Assembly: GCA_964187785.1 (NCBI GenBank)
Contig: OZ076409.1
Location: forward strand, 67,396,001 to 67,460,000
Length of the DNA: 64,000 nt
Direction of reading: 5' to 3'
DNA from: Amphiscolops sp. MND2022
Lineage: Eukaryota
The position numbers and the translations under genes were made by a program. Each line of letters opens with the position of its first letter. Positions within the stretch are counted from its first letter, which is position 1. This document shows positions 27,186-39,584 of the stretch, one piece after another. Under the pieces are notes generated by a model. The model worked only from the letters and a program-made list of their open reading frames with translations. It had not been told where the DNA came from and did not search any database.

Positions 27186-28704
27186 TGTTACTGCTGAGAA
27201 TCACAGGAATTGCACTGGGATTTGCAACGACCGCGTAGGTAGCTCGCAAAAACTGCTTGGTTGTTGATAACTGAATTTCCTCCAGCGGGAATCGGGATAA
27301 ATGCAAAACACAAACAAATGACAATACCCCTCGAGCATATTACAATTTAAATACAAATAGCTCACAAATTCAGATAATAGAGTCCAGTTCGGCGAAAACT
27401 GTGGATATTGGTTCATTGTAGCACCAGCGCTCGAGCTGGGCACAACCTCTGGGCACGGGTAGACTCCTCAAGCTGTCATCAGAACTCTGGGTTCGGCACC
27501 GTAAAATACAGGATTCTGCGGACAAAGACCGTGATTTGAAACGTTTTGGCTCTTTTTCTACCGTCTGCTCTCTCGTTCGTCTCGTTCTCTCGTTCGTCTC
27601 GCTCTCTCTCGCGGGGCGGTTTTCTTGACCATGTTGCTTCACTTTTTTGACGGTGACCGGGAATAAGACCTAAGGAATAAGACCTAAAAGATCAAAAGCA
27701 ATAAGACCTAAAGGAATAAGACCTAATACTCAAAATTAGTGGAATAAGACCTAAAAAAACAGGAATAAGGCCTAAAATGCGGAATAAGACCTAAAAAACA
27801 GAACTAAGGCCTAAAATGCGGAATAAGACCTAAAAAACTATTTTAAAAAACCATTTCGAGCCAAAATTTATTGTAAAATCTGAGGATTAATGAAATCAAC
27901 ACAGATAACCGTTAAGCATCAAAAAATATTGCAAAACGTGAAAAGAAGAAAAACCTCCAGCAGAAGAAATTGAGGCAATCAACACAAAAAAAAACCATTA
28001 AATAACGAAGTTTTCATCATTATTTCTTTCCTCCCATTGATTTTATAAAATAGTCAGATCTCAAATCAATTTATTCAAGAAAAAAATATCACCTTTCGTA
28101 AATGTCTCACAAAGTTTTCAGTACTTTCTCCTTCTAATGTGGGGGCATATCCGGTGTATGCACGCTCGCCCTTACCGTCGCAAAGGCCAGCTTCGCGATC
28201 TCCGTTCGCGCAAGGTCTTTGCTCCTGTTCGAACTCGCTTAGCAAGATGGGAACATAGGCGGCCCCATGGGGCCGCGGAGCACCAGAGGAAATGGGGAAA
28301 TGTCAGAGGCACCTTTCATACTTTAAAAAACTTCAGATATTATTCCTTTAAAGACTATTCTGTTCTCCCCTTGGGTCTCATTCCGCATTTATGTCTTATT
28401 TCCGTTTTTAGGTCTAATTCCCACTTTTTTAGGTATTGTTTGTCGTTTTTAGGTTTTATTTCGCTAATAGGTCTTCTTCCAAAAAGTAGGAATAAGACCT
28501 AAATTTTTAGGTCCTGTTCCTGAAAAATGAATTTTACTTTAGGTCTTATTCCCGTTTTCGCTTTAGGTTTTATTCCGTAGGTCTTATTCCGTTCCCCTTT
28601 TTTGACAGGTACTTCGCCAAAAGCATGCTCAAGATGTCAAGTCAGATTTGAACGAAATTTTAAAAAAATGTCAAAATTTCGTCTGGTTGTAGGATGCCGT
28701 TACA
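27186..28704 (-). mobile_element. Probable LTR remnant (about 560 bp net), interrupted by the 27652-28597 element
   Basis: - strand begins TGTAACGGC (28704) and ends GCAGTAACA (27186), followed 3 nt later by PBS-like TGGTATCAGGAC (27182-27171). An alternative terminus is ATTACA at 27013. Confidence 0.4.
27652..28597. mobile_element. Mutator/Foldback-like non-autonomous element with perfect 9-bp TSD
   Basis: TSD TTTTTTGAC at 27643-27651 and 28598-28606. Long modular TIRs built from GGAATAAGACCTAA repeats (left) and TTAGGTCTTATTCC repeats (right). Confidence 0.85.
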
Positions 28705-29131
28705 AGATGTCAACCAAAACTTCCAACAGTTTTGAAAAAATAGATCACAGGAAACTAAATTTATGTCTGTCGAATTCTATGTGTGAGTTAGTAATGGCTC
28801 TTTCCCAAATGGAAGTATGAAAGGAAACTAATAAAACTCACCTTTATCATTTTTCGTTGCTGCTTTCCATTTGGTCGAAGTGATCATTTTGCGCCAAAAT
28901 CCAAAAGTTTCACAAATTAACAAATTGATCAAAAGGGTCCTCCATTCGTATTTTCACATTCTTATTCAAATTAAAAGGGGTTTGAGTGTTGCTTCCGGAA
29001 TCAAAAGGGTCATTTTTTCCTTGCTTGGGAGAGTGAAAGTGTTTTTAGCCCAAACGTTCCCCCCTTCTGAGTTCTCTGGCATTCTTTTTTCTGAAAGTTC
29101 ATTTCACGAAGTGCTTCTCGATTTGCTTCTT

Positions 29132-32100
29132 TGTTGTTTTTGGTAATGAAAAAGGAAAAAAATTGGTTTTTGTTTTTTTTTGGTAAAACAAAGCAGTACA
29201 ACCGTTGTAAGACCAAGTCTCCTCCTTTGGGTTTTTTGGCACTACTAGATTGAGGGATTTTTCGAAAAAATGTGGCAGGATACGACTTTTTTTTCGAAAG
29301 AAACCATTATCCTATTTTTAAAGAGTTATCTGAAGGGCAAAACTGCATTCAGCGGTTCCACAGGTTCCCTCTCTGATTTTTTGAATGAGCATTAAAAAAC
29401 TGAACAAGATCAAAGGTTCCGCCTTTGTTGACATTTTCAATAGGAAAGAAGTCGTTCTAAGCACATAGCTTTTTAGCAATGTAAAAGTTCTCCGAAAAAA
29501 CTCCATAAAACAGTCTCTTAACGCTTTTGGAAGTCAGAAAAAAATTTTTTAGCTGCTCAATAAGTACTGCCTTTTAGTTTTCAGTTGAACGTTGAAAATA
29601 GCTGTACAGTCAGTTAAATTGACAACGTTTCTTCAAAGCCGAAGACCTTCGAACATCCAAATTGAGGAAGAATTGACTTGTGAAGACTTTCTGAACAATC
29701 CTCAGTTTGGAGCTCCATTTTGAATGCTTGACAGAAAAAGTTCAAGATTTCGAAACGTTCTTTTTTTATTCACCTAAAACTGAACATTTCACACATTAAT
29801 CAAAGAAAATTAATCTATAATTAGCACTGGGTAGTCCCGGTGGGTAATATGTAATTATTCGACAGGTTTGCACTAAATTTTTATTTACGAGTTGATTTTC
29901 GACCAGTTTTCCGCCCTTTAGTTTCGACGAGTTACATTCGGCGATTTGTTTTCGACGAGTTTTCCGAATACCTTGATTTCGCTATAGCTGTTGGTCATAT
30001 TCTGGCTTTAGAACTTCAAATGATCTCGCGTAAAGTTTAAAAAGCAAAAAGTTTTTCTTTCAACTCTTGAGATAATTCATGTTTACTATCTTTGTGGCAG
30101 GGGTTTCATCCAGAAGCTGACATTTTGAGTTATCAGGAAAAAAGTAGCTCAAGGATAAAAGTATCATAAAGCTGGTTCGCTCTATTCATGAAAGCTTTCC
30201 AGCGCCAATTATTCCTTCGAAGCTGAGTTCATATCCAATGCCAAAGCAAAGTTAATGAAGCGTCAAAACCTTTTTATATTTCTCAAGTTTTCAGACGGAC
30301 TTCAAAAATCACTATTCCCAATTTAAGGGTTTCCATTTTCTGAGAAACTGTGGATTATGGTCATTATAAAACTATCCCTCATGAATTTTCGTTGATAGTT
30401 GAAGTCTTTTGTGCGACGTTAAAACGCTTTGAGCTCAAGAAAACACAGAGCTAGACTTTCTAATTATTTCTAAGCACGTGAAATAACTATTCGGAAATTC
30501 AAACAAAGCCCTCAGAAAAATTCCTTCATTTGCAAGTAATGTCTCCGTACATTTGAGACTCTGTTCCAGGATTGCCATTCCTTTTATTATTGCTCGCAGC
30601 CTTTGACGTTCCATCTAGTGTTTGTGGAGGATTTAATTGTGAGGACAGAGAATAGGCATTGTTACAAATCAGGATTACTGCCTTCATCGACATGTGAAAA
30701 GAATTTGTTCTCACTTTTGTTATTGTTTAGACGCACAGAATACCAAATGTACTCCACAACTCCCAAACCCCCCATTTAAAAAATGATGAAAAAAATACAC
30801 GACAGTAGGAGGATGTAAAATTATGCACATACTAGTGCTTCATTGCTTCATTGATTAGATGCAAATCAAGAGATATGACAGCGTCGTTTTTCGTTGTTTT
30901 TTTCTTTCATTTTGCCCTGTTTTCCTTTTCTGAGTGTTCATAACAGTTCTTTGCTGATACCCTCTAGTTGATAATAGTAACTGAACAACGAGCAAGGCGA
31001 CCCATTATTTAAAAAGAGGCTGTATATAAAAGAAATACTTATTCTTATTTATATTTGTATGTATACTCAATATATGCGTTTTATACAATTCAACATAGCT
31101 AACCAAAATTCCTTCATTACTTAGTTTTTCATCCTGTCAAACCTTCAAACTACTTATTTTCATTCGGAAGACTCAAAACTTTTAATCATCTTACTTGTAT
31201 TTATTCTTAATACAGTGCGTTGGAATGTAGTATTATATAATTTTGTTATATAGCGTCTTTTTCATACAAGTATTTTCCTTAGTTCTTCACTTCTTCTGCA
31301 CTTCGTTCTTCACTTATTTTTATAAATTATATAATAACTACATATAATACATCATAGCAATAAGTCAAATGATAAGTATGCTACTCGAAAGACAATGTAT
31401 TCCAGGAAAAATAACAAAAAAGTTCAACACCGCAAGCATCGTGCAAAGCGCAAAGTCCAATCGAAAAACTGGCCAATTGAAAAAAAATGAGGGGTGGTGG
31501 GGGTTGTTTTAGGTGTTTATAAGCAAAAAATATGCAATCTCAAAGAGGTCCCAACATATCATGAGTAGCGTCCTTAAAAACTACTATAGTAGTCACACAC
31601 ACACGTACGTCATTCAACACACACACGTACGTCATTGAACTGAATGGTCGCGTCTAGCTAACATCAACACAGGCAAAGCGCTCTACTGAAATCGACCAAA
31701 TATGGAAATGAAACATTCGAACATTGAACTGAACATACAAAACTTGACACTTGACAAATCTATTAAAGATATTTTGCTTCATTTGGCACAAGAAATCCAG
31801 TGTAAAAGCAATGTTGTTTTTGGTAATGAAAAAGGAAAAAAATTGGTTTTTGTTTTTTTTTTGGTAAAACAAAGCAGTACAACCGTTGTAAGACCAAGTC
31901 TCCTCCTTTGGGTTTTTTGGCACTACTAGATTGAGGGATTTTTCGAAAAAATGTGGCAGGATACGACTTTTTTTTCGAAAGAAACCATTATCCTATTTTT
32001 AAAGAGTTATCTGAAGGGCAAAACTGCATTCAGCGGTTCCACAGGTTCCCTCTCTGATTTTTTGAATGAGCATTAAAAAACTGAACAAGATCAAAGGTTC

Positions 32101-34492
32101 CGCCTTTGTTGACATTTTCAATAGGAAAGAAGTCGTTCTAAGCACATAGCTTTTTAGCAATGTAAAAGTTCTCCGAAAAAACTCCATAAAACAGTCTCTT
32201 AACGCTTTTGGAAGTCAGAAAAAAATTTTTTAGCTGCTCAATAAGTACTGCCTTTTAGTTTTCAGTTGAACGTTGAAAATAGCTGTACAGTCAGTTAAAT
32301 TGACAACGTTTCTTCAAAGCCGAAGACCTTCGAACATCCAAATTGAGGAAGAATTGACTTGTGAAGACTTTCTGAACAATCCTCAGTTTGGAGCTCCATT
32401 TTGAATGCTTGACAGAAAAAGTTCAAGATTTCGAAACGTTCTTTTTTTATTCACCTAAAACTGAACATTTCACACATTAATCAAAGAAAATTAATCTATA
32501 ATTAGCACTGGGTAGTCCCGGTGGGTAATATGTAATTATTCGACAGGTTTGCACTAAATTTTTATTTACGAGTTGATTTTCGACCAGTTTTCCGCCCTTT
32601 AGTTTCGACGAGTTACATTCGGCGATTTGTTTTCGACGAGTTTTCCGAATACCTTGATTTCGCTATAGCTGTTGGTCATATTCTGGCTTTAGAACTTCAA
32701 ATGATCTCGCGTAAAGTTTAAAAAGCAAAAAGTTTTTCTTTCAACTCTTGAGATAATTCATGTTTACTATCTTTGTGGCAGGGGTTTCATCCAGAAGCTG
32801 ACATTTTGAGTTATCAGGAAAAAAGTAGCTCAAGGATAAAAGTATCATAAAGCTGGTTCGCTCTATTCATGAAAGCTTTCCAGCGCCAATTATTCCTTCG
32901 AAGCTGAGTTCATATCCAATGCCAAAGCAAAGTTAATGAAGCGTCAAAACCTTTTTATATTTCTCAAGTTTTCAGACGGACTTCAAAAATCACTATTCCC
33001 AATTTAAGGGTTTCCATTTTCTGAGAAAGTGTGGATTATGGTCATTATAAAACTATCCCTCATGAATTTTCGTTGATAGTTGAAGTCTTTTGTGCGACGT
33101 TAAAACGCTTTGAGCTCAAGAAAACACAGAGCTAGACTATCTAATTATTTCTAAGCACGTGAAATAACTATTCGGAAATTCAAACAAAGCCCTCAGAAAA
33201 ATTCCTTCATTTGCAAGTAATGTCTCCGTACATTTGAGACTCTGTTCCAGGATTGCCATTCCTTTTATTATTGCTCGCAGCCTTTGACGTTCCATCTAGT
33301 GTTTGTGGAGGATTTAATTGTGAGGACAGAGAATAGGCATTGTTACAAATCAGGATTACTGCCTTCATCGACATGTGAAAAGAATTTGTTCTCACTTTTG
33401 TTATTGTTTAGACGCACAGAATACCAAATGTACTCCACAACTCCCAAACCCCCCATTTAAAAAATGATGAAAAAAATACACGACAGTAGGAGGATGTAAA
33501 ATTATGCACATACTAGTGCTTCATTGCTTCATTGATTAGATGCAAATCAAGAGATATGACAGCGTCGTTTTTCGTTGTTTTTTTCTTTCATTTTGCCCTG
33601 TTTTCCTTTTCTGAGTGTTCATAACAGTTCTTTGCTGATACCCTCTAGTTGATAATAGTAACTGAACAACGAGCAAGGCGACCCATTATTTAAAAAGAGG
33701 CTGTATATAAAAGAAATACTTATTCTTATTTATATTTGTATGTATACTCAATATATGCGTTTTATACAATTCAACATAGCTAACCAAAATTCCTTCATTA
33801 CTTAGTTTTTCATCCTGTCAAACCTTCAAACTACTTATTTTCATTCGGAAGACTCAAAACTTTTAATCATCTTACTTGTATTTATTCTTAATACAGTGCG
33901 TTGGAATGTAGTATTATATAATTTTGTTATATAGCGTCTTTTTCATACAAGTATTTTCCTTAGTTCTTCACTTCTTCTGCACTTCGTTCTTCACTTATTT
34001 TTATAAATTATATAATAACTACATATAATACATCATAGCAATAAGTCAAATGATAAGTATGCTACTCGAAAGACAATGTATTCCAGGAAAAATAACAAAA
34101 AAGTTCAACACCGCAAGCATCGTGCAAAGCGCAAAGTCCAATCGAAAAACTGGCCAATTGAAAAAAAATGAGGGGTGGTGGGGGTTGTTTTAGGTGTTTA
34201 TAAGCAAAAAATATGCAATCTCAAAGAGGTCCCAACATATCATGAGTAGCGTCCTTAAAAACTACTATAGTAGTCACACACACACGTACGTCATTCAACA
34301 CACACACGTACGTCATTGAACTGAATGGTCGCGTCTAGCTAACATCAACACAGGCAAAGCGCTCTACTGAAATCGACCAAATATGGAAATGAAACATTCG
34401 AACATTGAACTGAACATACAAAACTTGACACTTGACAAATCTATTAAAGATATTTTGCTTCATTTGGCACAAGAAATCCAGTGTAAAAGCAA
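29132..34492. repeat. Tandem duplication B (29132-31811 / 31812-34492), near-identical
   Basis: The ORF track repeats at a +2681 offset (29318/31999, 30526/33207, 31702/34383). Only about 3 differences seen by eye. TG microhomology at the junction. Confidence 0.95.
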
Positions 34493-35285
34493 TGAAATTA
34501 ATGATTTGAAATCACGAGTGAATTACCTTGAGGCCAAATCAAATGAGTTGGAGCGATACTTATCCAAAGATACCATAATTATAAAAAATTTGCCGATTGG
34601 TTACCAGAACAGCTTACTTCACGATGTGATTCTCTTCTTTAAATTGGTATTCCACATGGACCTGACGCCGAGAGATATCAAGGCATGCCACCCACTGGGC
34701 CCTGTGAGAGATTTCAACCAACCGCCACCAATCGTCATCAAGTTTGTTTATTATGAACACAAACAACAGGTATGGTTCAGAAAAAATTCTCTTCTTCGCG
34801 GATTTAAGCATCCCAAAAATGGTGGAAAGGTATGGGTCTCTGAACGGATGTCTAAGACTGACATGGATGTTTATTTTGAAGCTAAGAGACGTGAAATTGA
34901 AACATCATCACTCAACTCAGTGCCAATGATCAAAATAAAACAGTTCAATGGTGACGAAAAATTTGTCAAAGTTAATACAATGAAAGATTTGGATGATCTT
35001 GAACATATTTCATAAAAGAGGAGCCAGTTGAAACAACCACCACAGTATCAAGCAAAACCTCCACTAAAGAGGTCCAGAGTTGAATCTCCGCCAAAGTCGA
35101 TGGAAAACGACACTCTGATCGAACTCAAAAAACGACTGAACAATGTTAATGACTTAGCCGATTTTGTGCGAGGTCTTGTATCAGATTCTCCTCTCAGTAA
35201 ACAGAATGCTGTCGATCATCAAGAAGTGCCTGGAAACAATGGGTCGTGCAGTGGGGACGAGGGCCTGCAAATAAACAAGGACTAG
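34383..35285 (+). pseudogene. LINE ORF1 (coiled coil plus RRM-like domain) with one in-frame stop at 35013-35015
   Basis: EINDLKSRVNYLEAKSNELERY..TIIIKNLP..DIKACHPLG..PPPIVIKF..VWVSERMS. The 35028 ORF is in the same frame as the 34383 ORF. Confidence 0.8.
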
Positions 35286-35322
35286 ACTGTTACACCATTT
35301 CATTGAGTCTAATCAATTGATA

Positions 35323-38189
35323 ATGACTCAACATATGAACCAACCGCCAGTCGCATCCAATGCCAAAAGTATTATAATGCTTGGGTTGAATATACAGTCC
35401 TTGAGATGCCATCGTGACGAAATCTTAGTTGAGTTAGATAGTTTTAACTCTAAACCATCAGTCATAGCGTTGACAGAAACGTGGCTCACTGAAAATGATA
35501 ATACCTCGACGTTGAATTTAGACGGATATCAACCCATCGAATCCAAAATAAGAACTACGGGACAACTAAGAGGGGGTGTAGGCTTTTACGTTAAAGAAGG
35601 ACTAACATACAAACCAATTGAATATGAAACGGGAATCGAATGCGCAATCATCAATGTATGTATTGACTTTGAAACATTTCGAAATTTTGCGTAGTATACC
35701 GACCAGATAGCAAAAAGCTGAAAACTTTTATGCCAGAATTCGAGGATCTTTTGAACTTTTTGCGTACATTAAAGCATGATACAGTCATTTTTGGCGATTT
35801 TAATATTGACACCATTAATATTGACACCATTGGCGATTTAATTTCCATTAATTAAGGAATCGAAGTTTAAAACCGTATATGAAAATGTTTTGAGGGCATA
35901 TGACTTTGAGCGTCAAAATTCAGAACCAACTAGAGTAACACCAACCACAGCAACCTGTTTGGACCATATAATAACGAGTTACCCAATAAATACTATGACC
36001 ATCAGTACGACAATAAGCGATCACTTTACTGTAATTGGAGAAATTCCCGTTTCATCCATAGCAGAGCAACAAAAACCAAATGTTCTCACTAGAAATTTGA
36101 AAAATCTAAAAGGGGATAAGGCGTTGAACTTCCTGTTTTTGCTCGATCAGAAATTACAGAAACTATTGACCTCAAATGAACTTAACATGGAAAGCATTGC
36201 AAAAACTATCATGCTATGTGTTGATAGATTTGCGCCGGAGAAACAATATAACCCAAAATGTAATTCGAATGAATGGATTAATATTAGAGTGAAAAACGCC
36301 ATTATTAAACGAAATAAATTGTTTAAATTGTGGATCAGCGATAATAACACTCATAATAGAGAACAATACAATTTGCAAAGGAATATTGTCACTGAACTCA
36401 TTAAACAAGCAAAGCGTGAGGCGAACTTCCAAAAATTAGGAGAGAATCCAAGTAGTAAAATACTGTACAGAACTTTGAAATGTCATACAAGAACAGGTGA
36501 AGAAAACTCAATAGTTCCTGATCCCGATATCTTGAATAAATTCTTTACCAATGTAGGGCAATTCCTAGCTGCGAATGTACCCCCTACTAAGCGTACGTTT
36601 AGAACGGAGAGGTCGTCAAAGTCCATGGTAATATGCGGAACTGATGATCTTGAAGTGGCAAAAATAATTAAATTGATGAAAAACAAAAAAAGCTCAGGTC
36701 ACGATGGCATTAGCAACGAGATATTGAAATGTTGTTCACCAATCATAGAGAAATACCTTGCTATTGCATTCAATGACTGTATATTTCAGCGAAAATTTCC
36801 AGATACTTTGAAACTAGCAAAGGTGATTCCTTTATATAAAAAGGGTGACCGGAAAAACCCGGAAAATTATAGACCAATTAGTTTACTAAGCTCCTTAAGC
36901 AAAGTTTTTGAGAAACTTCTCCACAAAAGAATGATTAACTTCGTAAATAAGAACAAACTTTTGTCTCCAGAACAATTTGGTTTTCGGTCAAAACATTCTT
37001 GCGTACACGCAATAAGTACTTTGACGGAATATATGAGAAATGAAATTGACAGAAAACGTACTGGCCAAGCGTGTTTCATAGATTTGCAAAAAGCATTTGA
37101 TTCATTGAATCATGAAATCCTACTGGAAAAACTGTTCAATTACGGCTTCCGAGGACCGATACATGAAATTCTAGTCGACTATTTGAGAAATAGATGTCAA
37201 TATGTTTCATCTCATTGCAAGAAAAGTTGTAAATTGCCGATAACAACCGGTGTGCCGCAAGGATCCATATTGGGACCACTCTTATTCCTAATTTATGTTA
37301 ATGACTTACCTGCATTTTGTAAAAATGAAAACAAAATTGCCATGTTTGCTGATGACACTTCTATACTGAAATCTTCGGGAAGGAACAACCTTAATCTTCA
37401 AGATGATTTGGATAGAGTGATTGACTGGTTTTCATTCAACAAACTAAGTGTTAACACTTCAAAATGTGAAAGCATGCACTTTGGCTGCGGCATATCGAAA
37501 CATCTTACTATTTTAAATGAAAACGTGGGTATGAAAACGCATTGCAAATATCTTGGACTTTACATTGATTCTAAATTGACTTTTAGAGAACACATCAAAT
37601 ATGTATCGAAGAAATTGAACAAGTTTTGCGGATTAATTTATCGCATACGAGATTTGTACCCGATTAAATGCCTACTTACGTTTTACGAATCTTACGCAAA
37701 ATCAGTAATTACTTATGGGTTACTAGTTTATGGTAGTGCCTGCAAATCCAATCTTGAAGAAATAAAATGGCTCAACGTAGAATAATCAGAGCTATTTTTT
37801 TCCGAAAAAAGTATGACAGCATAAAAGACATTTTTGAAAGGAAACAAATTTTAACTGTGTTTGAATTGTATGTCAATGAAATTTTTCGCGAAGTTTTCTA
37901 CCAATTACGGTCTGAATCGCCGGTCATTTTTTTGAATAAGGGATTTGTAAATAAATATGACACACGAAGCGCTCGTAAAGGACATTTACAAACAAGCTAC
38001 TGCAGAACGGTTGCAAAATCAAAATCGATACAGAATGTGTTGACTAAAGGTCATAACTGGCTGAAAACATTCAACTTAATTCCTGAAAATCTAACAAAAA
38101 TGACTAGCAAGCAAGCTGTAAGCTATCTCAGGGTTTTAAGAGATTTGTATATAGCGGGTGATAGTAATATAGTTTCTATTTTCTTCTGA
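35323..38189 (+). pseudogene. LINE ORF2: AP endonuclease plus reverse transcriptase, frameshifted
   Basis: EN motifs LNIQSL, ALTETWL, GGVGFY, FGDFNID, CLDHI, SDH. RT motifs YRPISLL, QFGFR, FIDLQKAFD, GVPQGSILGP, FADDT, KYLGL. Breaks near 35690, 35790-35850 and 37767. Confidence 0.92.
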
Positions 38190-38425
38190 ATGATAAAAAT
38201 CAACTATTTCACAAAGAAGGCAAATATCTTTCGCATTTTTGTTCGGCATTGCCTTTGGCTATGATTGGTTCTTGAGGGCAGAGGCTTGAAGAGTTAATCA
38301 GCTCATCTTCTGTCCCTTTTGAGTATGGATAATTTTGTTTTTGTTTTCAATGATGATATTTTCTATACTCAAATAAATAAACTTTCTTTCTTTCTTTCTT
38401 CTATAGTCACAACTACGAGACATTA

Positions 38426-39205
38426 CCCTGGTTGAAAAAAATGCGTTCCTTGCAAGGATCTTGCAAGATTTTCTTTCAAGGTCTTGCAAGATAATGCATT
38501 TTTCTGCAAGACATCTTGCAAGAATCTTGCAAGGAAAAAAGTTTCCTTGCAAGATTCTTCCAAGGAGAAAAATTTCATGGAAGGTTCTCAACAATTTTTT
38601 TAATTTTTATATTCATTGTTTTTGACTTCAAGTTGACTACTGCATCGTGACTATTAGATTCTGTCACAGAACGGGGTTTACTTACTAGAGAATTCAACCA
38701 CCAAAAAGATGCAAACTCTAGAAAATATCTCTAAAAGTGTGATCTTAGTGAAGTTATTTGAAAAGTAGTAGTACATTTCAGTGACGCAACATTTAAAATA
38801 CAGTTTCAGAGTATTCTGAAATTATTTTCCAACCAATTGTGTTATGTACCAGTTATTGATTTGAGAATAGACTGTGCATAATATTTCGAGTGAAATTATT
38901 TATCAATTTGTTAAATTACCCTTCTGAAATAATAGTTATTAACGTTTTTGACATTATTCTCAAATCACGACTACGTTAACATAATTTCTCAGTATGAAGT
39001 ACATTGAACTCAAGAATCTTGCAAGGAATGCATTTCCTTGCAAGATCTTTCAAGGAAAACATTTCCTTGCAAGATCTTTCAAGGAAAACATTTCCTTGCA
39101 AGATCTTGCTAGGAACAAATTTCCTTGCAAGATCTTACAAGTAATTGCATTTTTACAAGGATCTTGCAAGATCCTTGCAAGGAACGCATTTTTTCTCGAC
39201 CAGGG
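38426..39205. mobile_element. TA-flanked MITE with long TIRs built from palindromic CTTGCAAG repeats
   Basis: TA|CCCTGGTTGAAAAAAATGCGTTCCTTGCAAGGATCTTGCAAGAT ... ATCTTGCAAGATCCTTGCAAGGAACGCATTTTTTCTCGACCAGGG|TA. Confidence 0.85.
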
Positions 39206-39544
39206 TAGTATCTAAACTACACTTAACAATTGTTATCAAATAGAATCAAAGAAAAAAAGGCTGCAATGCTTTTTGAGAAAGAAAGAATAGAAAATCAGTG
39301 ATCGACCGCCGGTCTCTTGATAATGAAGCTACGCTCTCATTTCCTTGTGTGACTCGTTCGACCGCAACTACTGGCATTACAATCCAATCTCTGGCTACTT
39401 CCTTCAGTCTAAGTCCAGACGACCGAACAAAAAACAGGATTTTTTCTCTTTTTTGTCTCATTTTCACATCACCGCAGTAGTGTGTCTTCATAATCGCTTT
39501 GAACCAATTTGGTTTTTCTATTATCTCTGCTTCAACTGAGGTTT

Positions 39545-39547
<3 letters not shown>

Positions 39548-39581
<34 letters not shown>
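39548..39581. repeat. (AG)n microsatellite
   Basis: About 17 AG units followed by a G-rich tract. Confidence 0.95.

Positions 39582-39584
<3 letters not shown>

Larger units (their letters stand above)
34270..38400 (+). mobile_element. Near full-length decayed LINE (CR1/L2-group non-LTR retrotransposon)
   Basis: ORF1 followed by an APE-RT ORF2 and a short 3' UTR ending AAATAAATAAA(CTTT)n. 5' boundary approximate; clade assignment is inference. Confidence 0.9.

Noticed and set aside
27660..27835. Regularly spaced GGAATAAGACCTAA repeats resembling a CRISPR array
   Set aside because: Spacers are short, irregular and repetitive, the array is mirrored at 28370-28590, and the whole is bounded by a 9-bp TSD. 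It is a transposon arm, and there are no cas genes.
29855..29972. TTCGACGAGTT repeats ending CCGAATACC (duplicated at about 32540-32653)
   Set aside because: Probably one arm of another foldback element, but no partner arm or TSD was found.
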